Origin: an uncultured virus (IMG/VR IMGVR_UViG_3300033067_001366)
Taxonomy: Duplodnaviria; Heunggongvirae; Uroviricota; Caudoviricetes
Reading direction: 5' to 3' (one strand)
DNA: 64,000 nucleotides
IMG/VR virus record: IMGVR_UViG_3300033067_001366
Each line of letters starts with the position of its first letter. Within the stretch, counting starts at the first letter, position 1. The position numbers were made by a program, and so were the translations under genes. Below, in pieces: positions 27,546 through 37,176 of this stretch. Below the pieces are notes generated by a model. It was not told the DNA's origin, ran no database searches, and was given only the letters and a program-made list of their open reading frames with translations.

Positions 27546-30500
27546 ATGAAAAAGATTTTCCTTCTCGCATTATTGCTTTGCGCAGGGCATCGCCTCGTCT
27601 TCGCGACCGATATCACTATCAACGCAAGCGCGATCCCAAACGCCAACATGTCCGCAGGCTCCGACCTGGTCAGTGTGTGCGCCGTCACAAATGGTAGCAA
27701 TGTTGTCAGCGCTTCGGGCGCGTTCCGGTCGACAATGGTCGGCCTGGGCGGATTTCAGATTACGATCAATGGCACGCGTTACACCGTTGACGGGGTTCAA
27801 AGTGCCAATCAACTGACGCTGACGACTCCCTACGCCGGCACGACCTCGGCGTCGGCCTCCTTTACGCTCTACAGGTATGTTTTGCTGCGGATATACGCGC
27901 TCAACTACTTCACGCCAGGTGGTGCGAGCTACGTCGTTCCCGCGGGCGATCCGACTGGCGGCGAGTTTTATAAGCAAGCGGCCTGCTCGTTAATCAATAC
28001 GGGCAGCGGCGCGACGCTCTACATTCCTGCCATCACATTGCCGGCGACGACGGATGCAACCAATCCAGAAGAGCGCGATTCGCGATACTTCGCGGGGTTC
28101 TATACGGCGGGCGGGGCACAGATCCGGCCGTACGATTGTTTCAGCTCCTTCAGGCTTCCTTTTTCACCGACGGTGACCACCTGGACGGCGCTCTGTACAG
28201 TTCAATCGCCTGGCGGCAGTCCTCCCGTGGAATACGATGGATATGTTAAGTCTCAGGTCTACAACAAGGGCGAGATCAATGCCATTTTGCCCGAATGTGC
28301 GGCTGGCCAGATTGCGTTTTTCAAAACGAATGGGCGCATTCAGAAGTGCCTGGGCCTTGGGATCAATCTTTCGATTGATGCGAGCGACACGCTCAACGCG
28401 TCGGGGTCTGGATCGAGCGGCGGCGGTTATAGTCAGTTGCAAAACAATGGGACGAATGTCGCTCAACGGCTGACGCTGAATTTCTCGGACAACCTGGTTG
28501 CGGTTGATGACGCCGCCAATACGCGCACGAACCTGCGGCTGGGGCGTGTGCCGACGGGCGTCTATAATCTGATCACTGATTACAACGCCTCGGGCATACC
28601 AGACGAAACCACGGGAACGGCCAGTGCGGGGTCCAACCAGGTCGTACTTCCGGCGTTTCCCTCCTACCAATGGAAGCCTGGCTTCGGGATTTTAATTGTC
28701 GGCGCAGGGCCGAGCGGCTCCGACCTGCTGACGACGGTGGCGAGCGTTGCGAGCAATGTTCTAACACTTCAGGCCTCTGCCTCAACGAACATTAGTAATG
28801 CCGTCGTTCGCCATGATGACACGGCGGCAGTACAGGCTGCGGTCAACGCCAAGGGAGATGTTTACGGACCGCAAGGTCACTATATTGTTTCGCAGCCAAT
28901 TTCGCTGCCGGCAACGACCGAGGGGGCATCGCTCACATTTGAAGGGGCAGGGAAGCAGGGCGAAACCACGTTCCATTATCAGGGACTTGGTTCGATGTTT
29001 ATCGGTGCGGATGGCGCGAGCGAGGGGTTGGTTTTCAGGAACTTCGCGATTGCCACGTCCACGCCGGGGAGTTATTCCACAGTGCGCCCGACGGTCAACC
29101 GTGGAAGTGCGTTCGATTTCTCAAAGTCCGCAGTTGTAAGTTGGCCAACATTTGAGCAGCTCCGCATTATTGGCTGGGGTCGCTGGGGCATCTATTGCGC
29201 GAACTGCCAAGGCGGCTGGTACCACAACAATATCTTCCGCTCGAACGCGCAAGGGCATCTGGGTCTGGTTGGACCGGAAACGCTTTCGCCTGGCGCGCCG
29301 GAGCCGAACGTTTCGAGCATTCGAGACAACTGGTTCGACCAGGCTCCCTACATCAACGACGCCGACGTGGCCATCGCGGGCGGCTCAATGGCTAATAATT
29401 CATATGTTCTGACGGTCACGGCGGCGACGTTCACGACAAGCCACGAAGGGCGCATGCTGCGAATTGTGGGCGCTGGCGCTGGCGGAGGCGATCTGATCGG
29501 CTTGATCAAGTCGGTGGACTCATCGCTCCAGGCAACGCTTTCGGTGCGCAATCAGACCGGCGGAAACCTGACAGGCCTTTCCGGGACGATCTATAAGAGC
29601 AACTACGCGGGCATTTACCTGCATCGCTCGAACAATGACACCCTGGCTTCGAATATTATTCAGGGGAACTGGTCGGGCAGCCCGGGCAATGTGCCGTCTT
29701 TGAAGGTCGAAAACGCAAAGGCGGTCAGTATCGAAAACGTCTGGATCGAATCCACTGGCGGCGCGGCGGGCTTCGACATTGACCTGGTTGGCACGAAGGC
29801 CATCACAATCAAGAATTACCACTCGAACGCAGATCCCGTAACTGCGAACGAGAACGCTGGCGGCAATATCAAGCTGACCGGCGCGCTCAATACTTACATT
29901 GTCGGAATGGACAATCCGAATCCGACGATTCATATCAGCGCGGACGCCAATACGCGCGGCACTGTAATCGAAGGCTCCTACCTCTCTGCGCCGGAAAACC
30001 TCTTTAATCAATACGACCTTTCGCCCGACCGCATCACCGTCGGCGAAGGTGTGACGTTTGCTAATGACGCGGCGACCGGCGCGGGCCGCAGAGGGACAGC
30101 AACGATCTACGACGACGTGCTGGGCCTGAATTGGATGGTGAATCCGCGCGGCGACGATGGGTCGGGTTATGGATCCTGGACGAACACGAACGCGACGTAT
30201 TCGACCTATGTCAGCGGCGGCTCGAATCGTTACCAGAAGTATTGGGACGTCAACACGCAGGCGCTGGTTGACGGTGGCGTGAACACAGCGTTCGAGCAGG
30301 TTATCTCGATTCCTGATAGTTACGGTGCAGGCCCCTGGGCGCTCGGGTACGACTTCTATGTGACGAACTTCGGTGCGGCTCCTGCGGTCGGGCGCGAAGT
30401 CCAGGTGCTGGTCGCCGTGTCGGCCGGCACTGGCTATGATGGCTTCAAAATCACCAGTCAGAACGCCTCGAACCTGCCGACGGGAAAATGGGAGCGTGGC

Positions 30501-33011
30501 CAGTACGTCTTTTACCTTGGTGCGGGCACGTCGCGGACGATTACCGTGCGAGTGCGCGCTTCGACGGGCACCAATACGCCGCGCGTCCGGCTTGGGAATT
30601 TTCGATTGATGCCAGGCAAGCATGCGACGGGATCGCGCGACGAGGCGATCACGGAACTGGTCGGAGGGCGCATTCGCGCAGCGGCAGGCCTCTCGATTGA
30701 CAATGCACTGACCTTCAACGGCTCGGCCTCGCCTGGATCGCCAGTCGGTGGCACAGGTCGAATGCGCTTCGACACGTCGTCGGGCAAGTTTAAATGCTCG
30801 GAGAACGGCGCGGCGGAAGTGAATTGCATCGGCGCTGGCGGAGGATCGGGAACGGGCACGCAGGTGACGATCTCTCAGACTGGACACGGGTTCAGCACGT
30901 CGGCGTGCAGCACGTCGGGCGGGGTCTGCCTTGTGCGCCCTATCTTCTTTGGTGCAGCAAATCTTGTCGAAAGCGCCCGCAATGATACGCAGACGAAGTG
31001 GTCGACGGGACTGATCGTCGCGGTTCCTGATGCAAATACTTTGACAGTCGCACTGGCTCCGGGCTTTTACACAGTGACCGGCCACGGCCTGACAACGAAG
31101 ATTTACTTCTTGTCCGACACGGGAGGTCTAACCGACACACCAGGCTCGACGAATCGTCAGGCGGTCCTGGAAGTTTACGATGCGAACACGATTCACTACT
31201 TCGGCCTGTTGCAGAATCCTGGCGGCGGCACGCTGGGGACGGTCAGCAGTGTTGCCATGTCGGTGCCGTCTTTTCTGAGCGTCTCAGGCTCGCCGATTAA
31301 CACGTCGGGCACGTTTGCCGTGTCGCTGACTTCGCAGACCTCCAATCTTGGGTTTATGTCTCCGGATGCGGCGAGCGGCGTCCCTGGGTTTCGCAAGGTC
31401 GTGATTGCCGACCTGAACAGCACAGCGCTATCGGGCAATGGGACGAAGCTTGCCACGATCGCGGGCACGACTTCGAGTGGTAAATGTCTGGAATGGGACG
31501 GCGGTGGCAATGTTGTCACTTCGGCTTCAAATCTGCCTTGCGGCTCCGGCGGCGGCGGCGGGTTCGGTCCTCCGGCGTCGAACGGCTTCGTCGTCAATGT
31601 TGGCGGCTCTCCGGTCGCGCGCAACATTGTTGGCACGGCAAGTCAGGTCACAGTGGTCGACGGCGACGGTCAGGCTGGATCGGCAGTGATCAGCCTGCCG
31701 AGCACGGTCAGACTTGGGACACCGAGCGGTGCTGCGGGCACGCTTCAACTGGCGAATTCCAGCAACGCGTTCATTGTCTCTTTTAGCGCAGGCACACCGA
31801 CGGCGAGCTTTAGTCTGATCGCGCCGACCTCTCTGCCTGGCTCAACGCTCTGTATGACGCTGAGCGCGACGGGGCAGATGGGCACGTCTGCCTGCGGTTC
31901 GGGTGGCGGCCTGGCTGATCCGGGCGCGGATGGATGGGTGTCGCGGACAGGGTCAAATACGCTTGTGCCGCGCACGTTCGTTGCTGGGACGAATATGTCC
32001 ATCACCTTCACGACGGGCGCTGGCAATCCAACCTTTGGCGTGACTGGTCCTCCGTCGGTTTCCACGTTGACGACTAACGGCGTGCTCTACGGGGCTGGGA
32101 CAGGTCCCATTCAGGCGACAGCGGCATCGTCAAGCGGCACATTCTGTTTGGTGTCCGCGAACGGCGGACCGCCAACTTGGGGAAGCTGCGCAGGTACGGC
32201 GTCAACGTCGTGGTCGTCACTCTCGAATCCCTCAGCAAATCTGGCGATCAATCTCGGCACGTTCACAAGCACATTTACTGTTTCTTCCTCCGACTCTGCG
32301 ACCACGCGGCGAGCGATCACCTTCTCCGGGACTTCTACAAGCGCAGTCTCTCCGGGCTATGGGGTTGGGGTTGGGTTCACGCTTAAAGATTCGGCTGGCG
32401 TTATTCAGGATGCCGGCGACCTGGCCTTCGAGTGGTGGATCCATTCGTCAGCAAATCGCAGCTCCCAGACGCGCTTCCGGCAGATTTACTCGGGCAGTAC
32501 GGGAACGGCCTTGCAGACGACGGCGCTGCTGCGCCCTGATCGCCTGGTGTTCTCTGCGTATGATGTGACGGCGGGCAGTATTCCAGAGCTTCTCTGGACG
32601 GGATTGAACGCCAACACGTCGGGCTTCAAGGGGGCAGACAATCCGGTCACTTCCTATTCGTTCGTGATGCCGGCCTCGGTGCCTGGTGGCCTGCCAGGAT
32701 CGAATAGTGATTACGCGCTGACGGTTCAGTCAGGGAACGTTCTGGCTGTTACGCAGCTCCAAAAGCGGTTCACGGTGACCGCGCCGCTCGTCTATAACAG
32801 TGGGACGGACGTGCTGAGCATTCCCTCCGCTATGACGCAGTCAGGCGGTTTCTATAGCTTCAGCGCGACGGTTCTGTTTGCCTCCCTGGGCACACCAGCT
32901 AATTTCACGGTCGCAGCCTGCGCAGACTGCGCTGCGAACACAAATCCCTGTACAGGCGGCGGCACTGGAGCCATTGCCAAGCGTCTCAATGGCGCGTGGG
33001 ACTGCCGCTGA
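27546..33011 (+). CDS. Tail fibre/tailspike-like protein with pectate-lyase-like beta-helix and signal peptide
   Basis: MKKIFLLALLLCAGHRLVFA-T; NLITDYNA...DDTAAVQAAVNA..VYGPQGHYIVS tailspike motif; G/S/T fibre repeats; about 22 mature Cys. Confidence 0.8.
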   Translation: MKKIFLLALLLCAGHRLVFATDITINASAIPNANMSAGSDLVSVCAVTNGSNVVSASGAFRSTMVGLGGFQITINGTRYTVDGVQSANQLTLTTPYAGTTSASASFTLYRYVLLRIYALNYFTPGGASYVVPAGDPTGGEFYKQAACSLINTGSGATLYIPAITLPATTDATNPEERDSRYFAGFYTAGGAQIRPYDCFSSFRLPFSPTVTTWTALCTVQSPGGSPPVEYDGYVKSQVYNKGEINAILPECAAGQIAFFKTNGRIQKCLGLGINLSIDASDTLNASGSGSSGGGYSQLQNNGTNVAQRLTLNFSDNLVAVDDAANTRTNLRLGRVPTGVYNLITDYNASGIPDETTGTASAGSNQVVLPAFPSYQWKPGFGILIVGAGPSGSDLLTTVASVASNVLTLQASASTNISNAVVRHDDTAAVQAAVNAKGDVYGPQGHYIVSQPISLPATTEGASLTFEGAGKQGETTFHYQGLGSMFIGADGASEGLVFRNFAIATSTPGSYSTVRPTVNRGSAFDFSKSAVVSWPTFEQLRIIGWGRWGIYCANCQGGWYHNNIFRSNAQGHLGLVGPETLSPGAPEPNVSSIRDNWFDQAPYINDADVAIAGGSMANNSYVLTVTAATFTTSHEGRMLRIVGAGAGGGDLIGLIKSVDSSLQATLSVRNQTGGNLTGLSGTIYKSNYAGIYLHRSNNDTLASNIIQGNWSGSPGNVPSLKVENAKAVSIENVWIESTGGAAGFDIDLVGTKAITIKNYHSNADPVTANENAGGNIKLTGALNTYIVGMDNPNPTIHISADANTRGTVIEGSYLSAPENLFNQYDLSPDRITVGEGVTFANDAATGAGRRGTATIYDDVLGLNWMVNPRGDDGSGYGSWTNTNATYSTYVSGGSNRYQKYWDVNTQALVDGGVNTAFEQVISIPDSYGAGPWALGYDFYVTNFGAAPAVGREVQVLVAVSAGTGYDGFKITSQNASNLPTGKWERGQYVFYLGAGTSRTITVRVRASTGTNTPRVRLGNFRLMPGKHATGSRDEAITELVGGRIRAAAGLSIDNALTFNGSASPGSPVGGTGRMRFDTSSGKFKCSENGAAEVNCIGAGGGSGTGTQVTISQTGHGFSTSACSTSGGVCLVRPIFFGAANLVESARNDTQTKWSTGLIVAVPDANTLTVALAPGFYTVTGHGLTTKIYFLSDTGGLTDTPGSTNRQAVLEVYDANTIHYFGLLQNPGGGTLGTVSSVAMSVPSFLSVSGSPINTSGTFAVSLTSQTSNLGFMSPDAASGVPGFRKVVIADLNSTALSGNGTKLATIAGTTSSGKCLEWDGGGNVVTSASNLPCGSGGGGGFGPPASNGFVVNVGGSPVARNIVGTASQVTVVDGDGQAGSAVISLPSTVRLGTPSGAAGTLQLANSSNAFIVSFSAGTPTASFSLIAPTSLPGSTLCMTLSATGQMGTSACGSGGGLADPGADGWVSRTGSNTLVPRTFVAGTNMSITFTTGAGNPTFGVTGPPSVSTLTTNGVLYGAGTGPIQATAASSSGTFCLVSANGGPPTWGSCAGTASTSWSSLSNPSANLAINLGTFTSTFTVSSSDSATTRRAITFSGTSTSAVSPGYGVGVGFTLKDSAGVIQDAGDLAFEWWIHSSANRSSQTRFRQIYSGSTGTALQTTALLRPDRLVFSAYDVTAGSIPELLWTGLNANTSGFKGADNPVTSYSFVMPASVPGGLPGSNSDYALTVQSGNVLAVTQLQKRFTVTAPLVYNSGTDVLSIPSAMTQSGGFYSFSATVLFASLGTPANFTVAACADCAANTNPCTGGGTGAIAKRLNGAWDCR

Positions 33012-33074
33012 TCCTCGGCAAAAAAACCGCGAATAATATTCCAGAAATATTCCACAGCCCTTCTAAGTTAAATT

Positions 33075-34871
33075 ATGAAACGACTTCTCGCAGTTCTACT
33101 TCTTGCGCTCGTACCGGTGTGCGCGTTTGGCCAAAAGACGAACGCTGATAAAACCTTCGGCGGCGGATCCGGCGGCGGCGCAGGAACGGTGACGAGTGTC
33201 AGCACCGGCAACGGATTGTCGGGTGGGCCAATCACTTCGACCGGCACGATTGATCTGCGACTGAGCACGACGGGCGGCCTGTCGAAGACGCAAGGCGGCG
33301 GGTCGAACGAGCTCGGCGTTGACGCGCTGGGTATTACGGCTGCGATGCTGTTTGGAGCGATCCCAGATTCCAAGTTGAGCACGATCTCCACGTCCGGCAA
33401 GGTCGCGGATTCGGCGCTGTCGGCCAATGTCTCGTTGCTCGGCAATACAACGTCGGGAACGGGCAGTGTTCTGCGCAGCGGGTCGCCGACGATCAGCGCG
33501 CCGATCATCGCCGACTTCTCAGGCTCGACGCACAATCACTCGAATGCGGCGGGCGGAGGCCAGATCGACACGTCGGCCTTCCCGTCGGGATCGAAGACGG
33601 GCAACGGGACAAAATTTGCAACCTCAACTGGCACGCTGACCAGTGGGCGCTGCGCGGAATGGGACGCGTCGGGAAACCTGGTGCAGTCCGCTGCTGGTTG
33701 CGCAGCCGCGGCGGTGACGAGCGTTGGGCTAAGTCTGCCATCAGTCTTTACCATTTCCGGTTCTCCAGTGACCGCGTCCGGCACGCTGGGCGCCACGTTT
33801 GCGACTGGCCAGATCGCAAGTCGTGTGTTGGCGACTGATACGTCATCAAGCGCGCTCGATCTCCGGCAGATTGATGCGACCTACATTGCGGCGGCAGCGA
33901 AGTCGGGCAACGGGACGAAGCTGGTTACGCTCGGCGCGGCGTCCACGTCCGGCAAGTGTGCGGAGTTCGACGCCAGCGGCAATGTGACAGTGTCGGTTAG
34001 CAATGTGCCCTGTGGATCGGCTAGTGCGGCAGGGTCGTCCGGTAACGTGCAGGTTAATAATGGCGGCGCTTTTGGGGCCTGGGGCAACACTTCAGTGTCG
34101 GGGAATAATTTGACCATGGACGGGCGACTGATATGGTCAATGAGCAGCGGCGCAGTGCTGCCACTGGCCATCAACCAGCCGGGCTCGCCATCTCAACCTG
34201 CCGCAGTATTCCAGCAGGGCGGTACGACTTACTTCAGCGTTACGGAGCGAAGGACGACGAACTATCAAAGTATCGCCGATCCGGGCACTCCATCCGATGG
34301 CGATTTCTGGAAGTCTTCGACGCAGAAAGCAATCGCCTACGCGGACTTTTCGCGCAATTTCTACCTGCCGGTCGTGCTTGGCGTCTCGGCCTCAACGGTC
34401 AGCCTGACGAATAACACGGAGATTTCACTGATTGGCTCGTCGCTGACAGGCTCAAAGACTATTCCTGCAAATTATCAGGTGATCGGCAAGGAGATTTGCG
34501 TGGAAGGTCACGGTTACATGACCACGTCAGCATCGCCACCGAACTTTACAGGCAAGTACGTCCTCGGGTCGACGATAGCTATGCAGACCGGCGCGAACAC
34601 TCCTCCGGCAAGTTTATCCAACCGCGCTGTGATCGTGAATGCGTGCTACACGGTGCGAACGACTGGTGCGGGCGGGACGGCAATCGGGCAGGGGACGTTT
34701 TCATTCCGCGACAACTCCGGCGTCCTACAGGTCTGGGATATGGTCGTCACGTCGCCTGTGACCATAGACACCACGACGGCGCAGACGCTTGATTTCCTGG
34801 GTGCGTGGTCGAGCACCGTTGGCGGAAACTCAGTAACGATGACGAACTGGAAACTGATGGCGGCCAATTAA
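33075..34871 (+). CDS. Fibre-like protein with signal peptide
   Basis: MKRLLAVLLLALVPVCAFG-Q; GTVTSVSTGNGLSGGPITSTGTI fibre motif; Cys pairs. Confidence 0.75.
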   Translation: MKRLLAVLLLALVPVCAFGQKTNADKTFGGGSGGGAGTVTSVSTGNGLSGGPITSTGTIDLRLSTTGGLSKTQGGGSNELGVDALGITAAMLFGAIPDSKLSTISTSGKVADSALSANVSLLGNTTSGTGSVLRSGSPTISAPIIADFSGSTHNHSNAAGGGQIDTSAFPSGSKTGNGTKFATSTGTLTSGRCAEWDASGNLVQSAAGCAAAAVTSVGLSLPSVFTISGSPVTASGTLGATFATGQIASRVLATDTSSSALDLRQIDATYIAAAAKSGNGTKLVTLGAASTSGKCAEFDASGNVTVSVSNVPCGSASAAGSSGNVQVNNGGAFGAWGNTSVSGNNLTMDGRLIWSMSSGAVLPLAINQPGSPSQPAAVFQQGGTTYFSVTERRTTNYQSIADPGTPSDGDFWKSSTQKAIAYADFSRNFYLPVVLGVSASTVSLTNNTEISLIGSSLTGSKTIPANYQVIGKEICVEGHGYMTTSASPPNFTGKYVLGSTIAMQTGANTPPASLSNRAVIVNACYTVRTTGAGGTAIGQGTFSFRDNSGVLQVWDMVVTSPVTIDTTTAQTLDFLGAWSSTVGGNSVTMTNWKLMAAN

Positions 34872-34883
34872 GGTGAGCTAATT

Positions 34884-36722
34884 ATGCGATTATTGAGAAT
34901 TTATACTTTTCTTATTCTGGCGGTGGCCTGCGGTCCGACGGCATTCGGGCAGGGATCAACACGGGCTTCGACGAAGCTGATCGGCGGCGGCACGCTGCCA
35001 TCGAAGTGTTCGCCTGCGACCGTGTCGCAGGGTGCGGATATGTTCGTAAAAACCGGTGCCAGTGCTGGTCTTTACTACTGCTCTGCGGCAAACACTTGGA
35101 CGGCGGTCGGCGGTTCGGCTGGCACCGGCGATGTCGTTGGGCCTGGTTCCTCGACGGACAACTCGGTAGTTCGTTTCGATCTTGCGACCGGCAAGTTGAT
35201 TCAGGTCTCGGCTGTGTTGATTGATGACTCTGGGAACGTCACGGGCCTGGGAACGCTGAACAGTAAGACGCTTCCGACTGGGACCGACACGCTTGCCGGC
35301 CTGGGAACTGCGCAGACGTTCACGGCGAATCAAACGGTTAATAGTGCTGTTCTGACGTCGCAGCGTAATTCAATTGGCGCGACCTCAACTGACGGTATCG
35401 TGCTGCAAAACACCACGGCGGCGGCGGCGGGCGCTCAACAGTTCTCGCCCCGGATTCATTTCATAGGTCAAGGATGGAAAACCAATGCAACTGCGGCTTC
35501 GCAGGCAGACGATTTCATTATTGAATTGCAGCCTGGTCAGGGCGCTGCGCAAGCGTATAGTGATTTAGTTCTAAGTCGGCAGATCAATGGGGGCGGCTAT
35601 AATCCCGTTGCTTCGTTCGGCTATGAAATAAATAACAGTAATCCCGCGATGGCATTTGGTGGGCCAGTCTCGGCCAATAATCTGACGGGTATTACTGCTG
35701 CGCCGACTTCAGCCCTCACGGTTCAAGTTAATGGAATAAATCGGGGGAGTTTTCTAGCTTCACCTTCAGTATTAGAGCTTCCATCAACAAGTTGTTTTGG
35801 TTGGTCAAACAGCACGGCGACGACAGTCACACCCGACACCTGGAGTTGCAGAGGTGGAGCGGCTGCGACTGTGCGACAGGGTGCGGCGGATAATGCCACT
35901 CCCGTAGCCAATATTTACATCATCGGTGAATCCTCACGCGGTGGCACCGATTCCAACGTAGCAGGCGCGAATGGCACTGTCCGTCCAGGTAATGGCACAG
36001 GCACAGGGGGCAGCGGGGCCTTCAAAATCCAAGTTGCGCCTCCTGGTTCTACCGGCAGTGTTGCCAATACCTACGCCGACGCACTTTCGATCAGTAATGC
36101 CAAGGTTGCCACCTTCTCCGGCGACCTCCAGGGAGTAACAGCAACCTTCTCTGGCGCAATCAACGTTGCCTCCTGCACCGGCTGTGGCTCCGGCACGACG
36201 TACGCGACCTCTGGTAACTACTGGCCCTTTCCACAGGAAAACTTTGGCAGTGCCGCCAACTCGTCCGCGCTGGTTGGCTCGGCTAACCAGGTCCGGGCGG
36301 TCAAGGTCTTCCTGAATCGTGCGATTACAGTTGACCGATTGGGCATTAAGGGTGCGGCGGGCAGTGCGGGACTGGCCAGCTTCGCAATCTACAACGCCGA
36401 CGGCTCCTCTCGCCTGGTCTACTCCGGCACGATTGATTCCAATACCGGCTGGACTTCCGCGCAGGCCGTCACAGTCAGTGCCTCTGGAACTGTCGGCCCT
36501 GGTTATGTGATGGTCGCCTGGACGGCAGATAACACCAGCGCCACGATCTACACCCACGCCTACAACTCCAACTGGTTGCAGCTTCAAACCGTTGGCACGA
36601 CTGCGGTCGTCGGAACCTGCGCGAACGCGGCCACCTCCGGCGCGCTCCCGTCCACCTGCGGCACGTTCACGGCGGACAGTTCAATCACGAACTTTCCAAT
36701 GCTTAACTGGTTCAAGAACTAG
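34884..36722 (+). CDS. Fibre-like protein with signal peptide
   Basis: MRLLRIYTFLILAVACGPTAFG-Q; GDVVGPGSSTDNSVVRFD..TGKLIQ fibre motif. Confidence 0.75.
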   Translation: MRLLRIYTFLILAVACGPTAFGQGSTRASTKLIGGGTLPSKCSPATVSQGADMFVKTGASAGLYYCSAANTWTAVGGSAGTGDVVGPGSSTDNSVVRFDLATGKLIQVSAVLIDDSGNVTGLGTLNSKTLPTGTDTLAGLGTAQTFTANQTVNSAVLTSQRNSIGATSTDGIVLQNTTAAAAGAQQFSPRIHFIGQGWKTNATAASQADDFIIELQPGQGAAQAYSDLVLSRQINGGGYNPVASFGYEINNSNPAMAFGGPVSANNLTGITAAPTSALTVQVNGINRGSFLASPSVLELPSTSCFGWSNSTATTVTPDTWSCRGGAAATVRQGAADNATPVANIYIIGESSRGGTDSNVAGANGTVRPGNGTGTGGSGAFKIQVAPPGSTGSVANTYADALSISNAKVATFSGDLQGVTATFSGAINVASCTGCGSGTTYATSGNYWPFPQENFGSAANSSALVGSANQVRAVKVFLNRAITVDRLGIKGAAGSAGLASFAIYNADGSSRLVYSGTIDSNTGWTSAQAVTVSASGTVGPGYVMVAWTADNTSATIYTHAYNSNWLQLQTVGTTAVVGTCANAATSGALPSTCGTFTADSSITNFPMLNWFKN

Positions 36723-36737
36723 CACCCCAGGAGGCTT

Positions 36738-36938
36738 ATGGTTTTTGTTATATGTAATGACGGCACGTCTCCCGGACTGCGCGTCGAAGATTTCCCAACC
36801 CTCGACGAGGCCAACGACTGGATTAAAGGTCAACTGATCGTCGTCGAGGGAGTGGGTCAGCGCACGCGAAAAATGTATCGCGTCATCGAGGGGGAAGAGG
36901 TAAAACTAGAGGAATTCTGCCTGACGGTTCAGAGATAA
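36738..36938 (+). CDS. Small hypothetical protein
   Basis: AGGAGG RBS. Confidence 0.6.
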   Translation: MVFVICNDGTSPGLRVEDFPTLDEANDWIKGQLIVVEGVGQRTRKMYRVIEGEEVKLEEFCLTVQR

Positions 36939-37176
36939 AAAATCGAACAGCCTCTTCTTCAATCCAAGATCGAAGATGGGGCCCATGCTGCCGATGAATG
37001 CCGTCAACAACCCATCCGGTGATTGGGTCAAAATACCCCCAAGCGCAATGATGGCCGTCGCCCAGGATTATAACCCGACGGCGATGAATCGGCGGGTCGT
37101 CTATAGATTTCGTGGGCACTCTTTTGTTGCCTCGCATGCTTTGCATTTTACCAAATTCACTATGAATAGGCTAACA

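Noticed and set aside
29520..31085. Long antisense ORFs (also 49437-50651, 13817-14731, 37930-38841)
   Set aside because: Shadows of GC-rich sense genes with no RBS or motifs
36976..37176. N-terminal 67 codons of the 1006-aa ORF call
   Set aside because: Not protein-like; a clear signal peptide begins at ATG 37177
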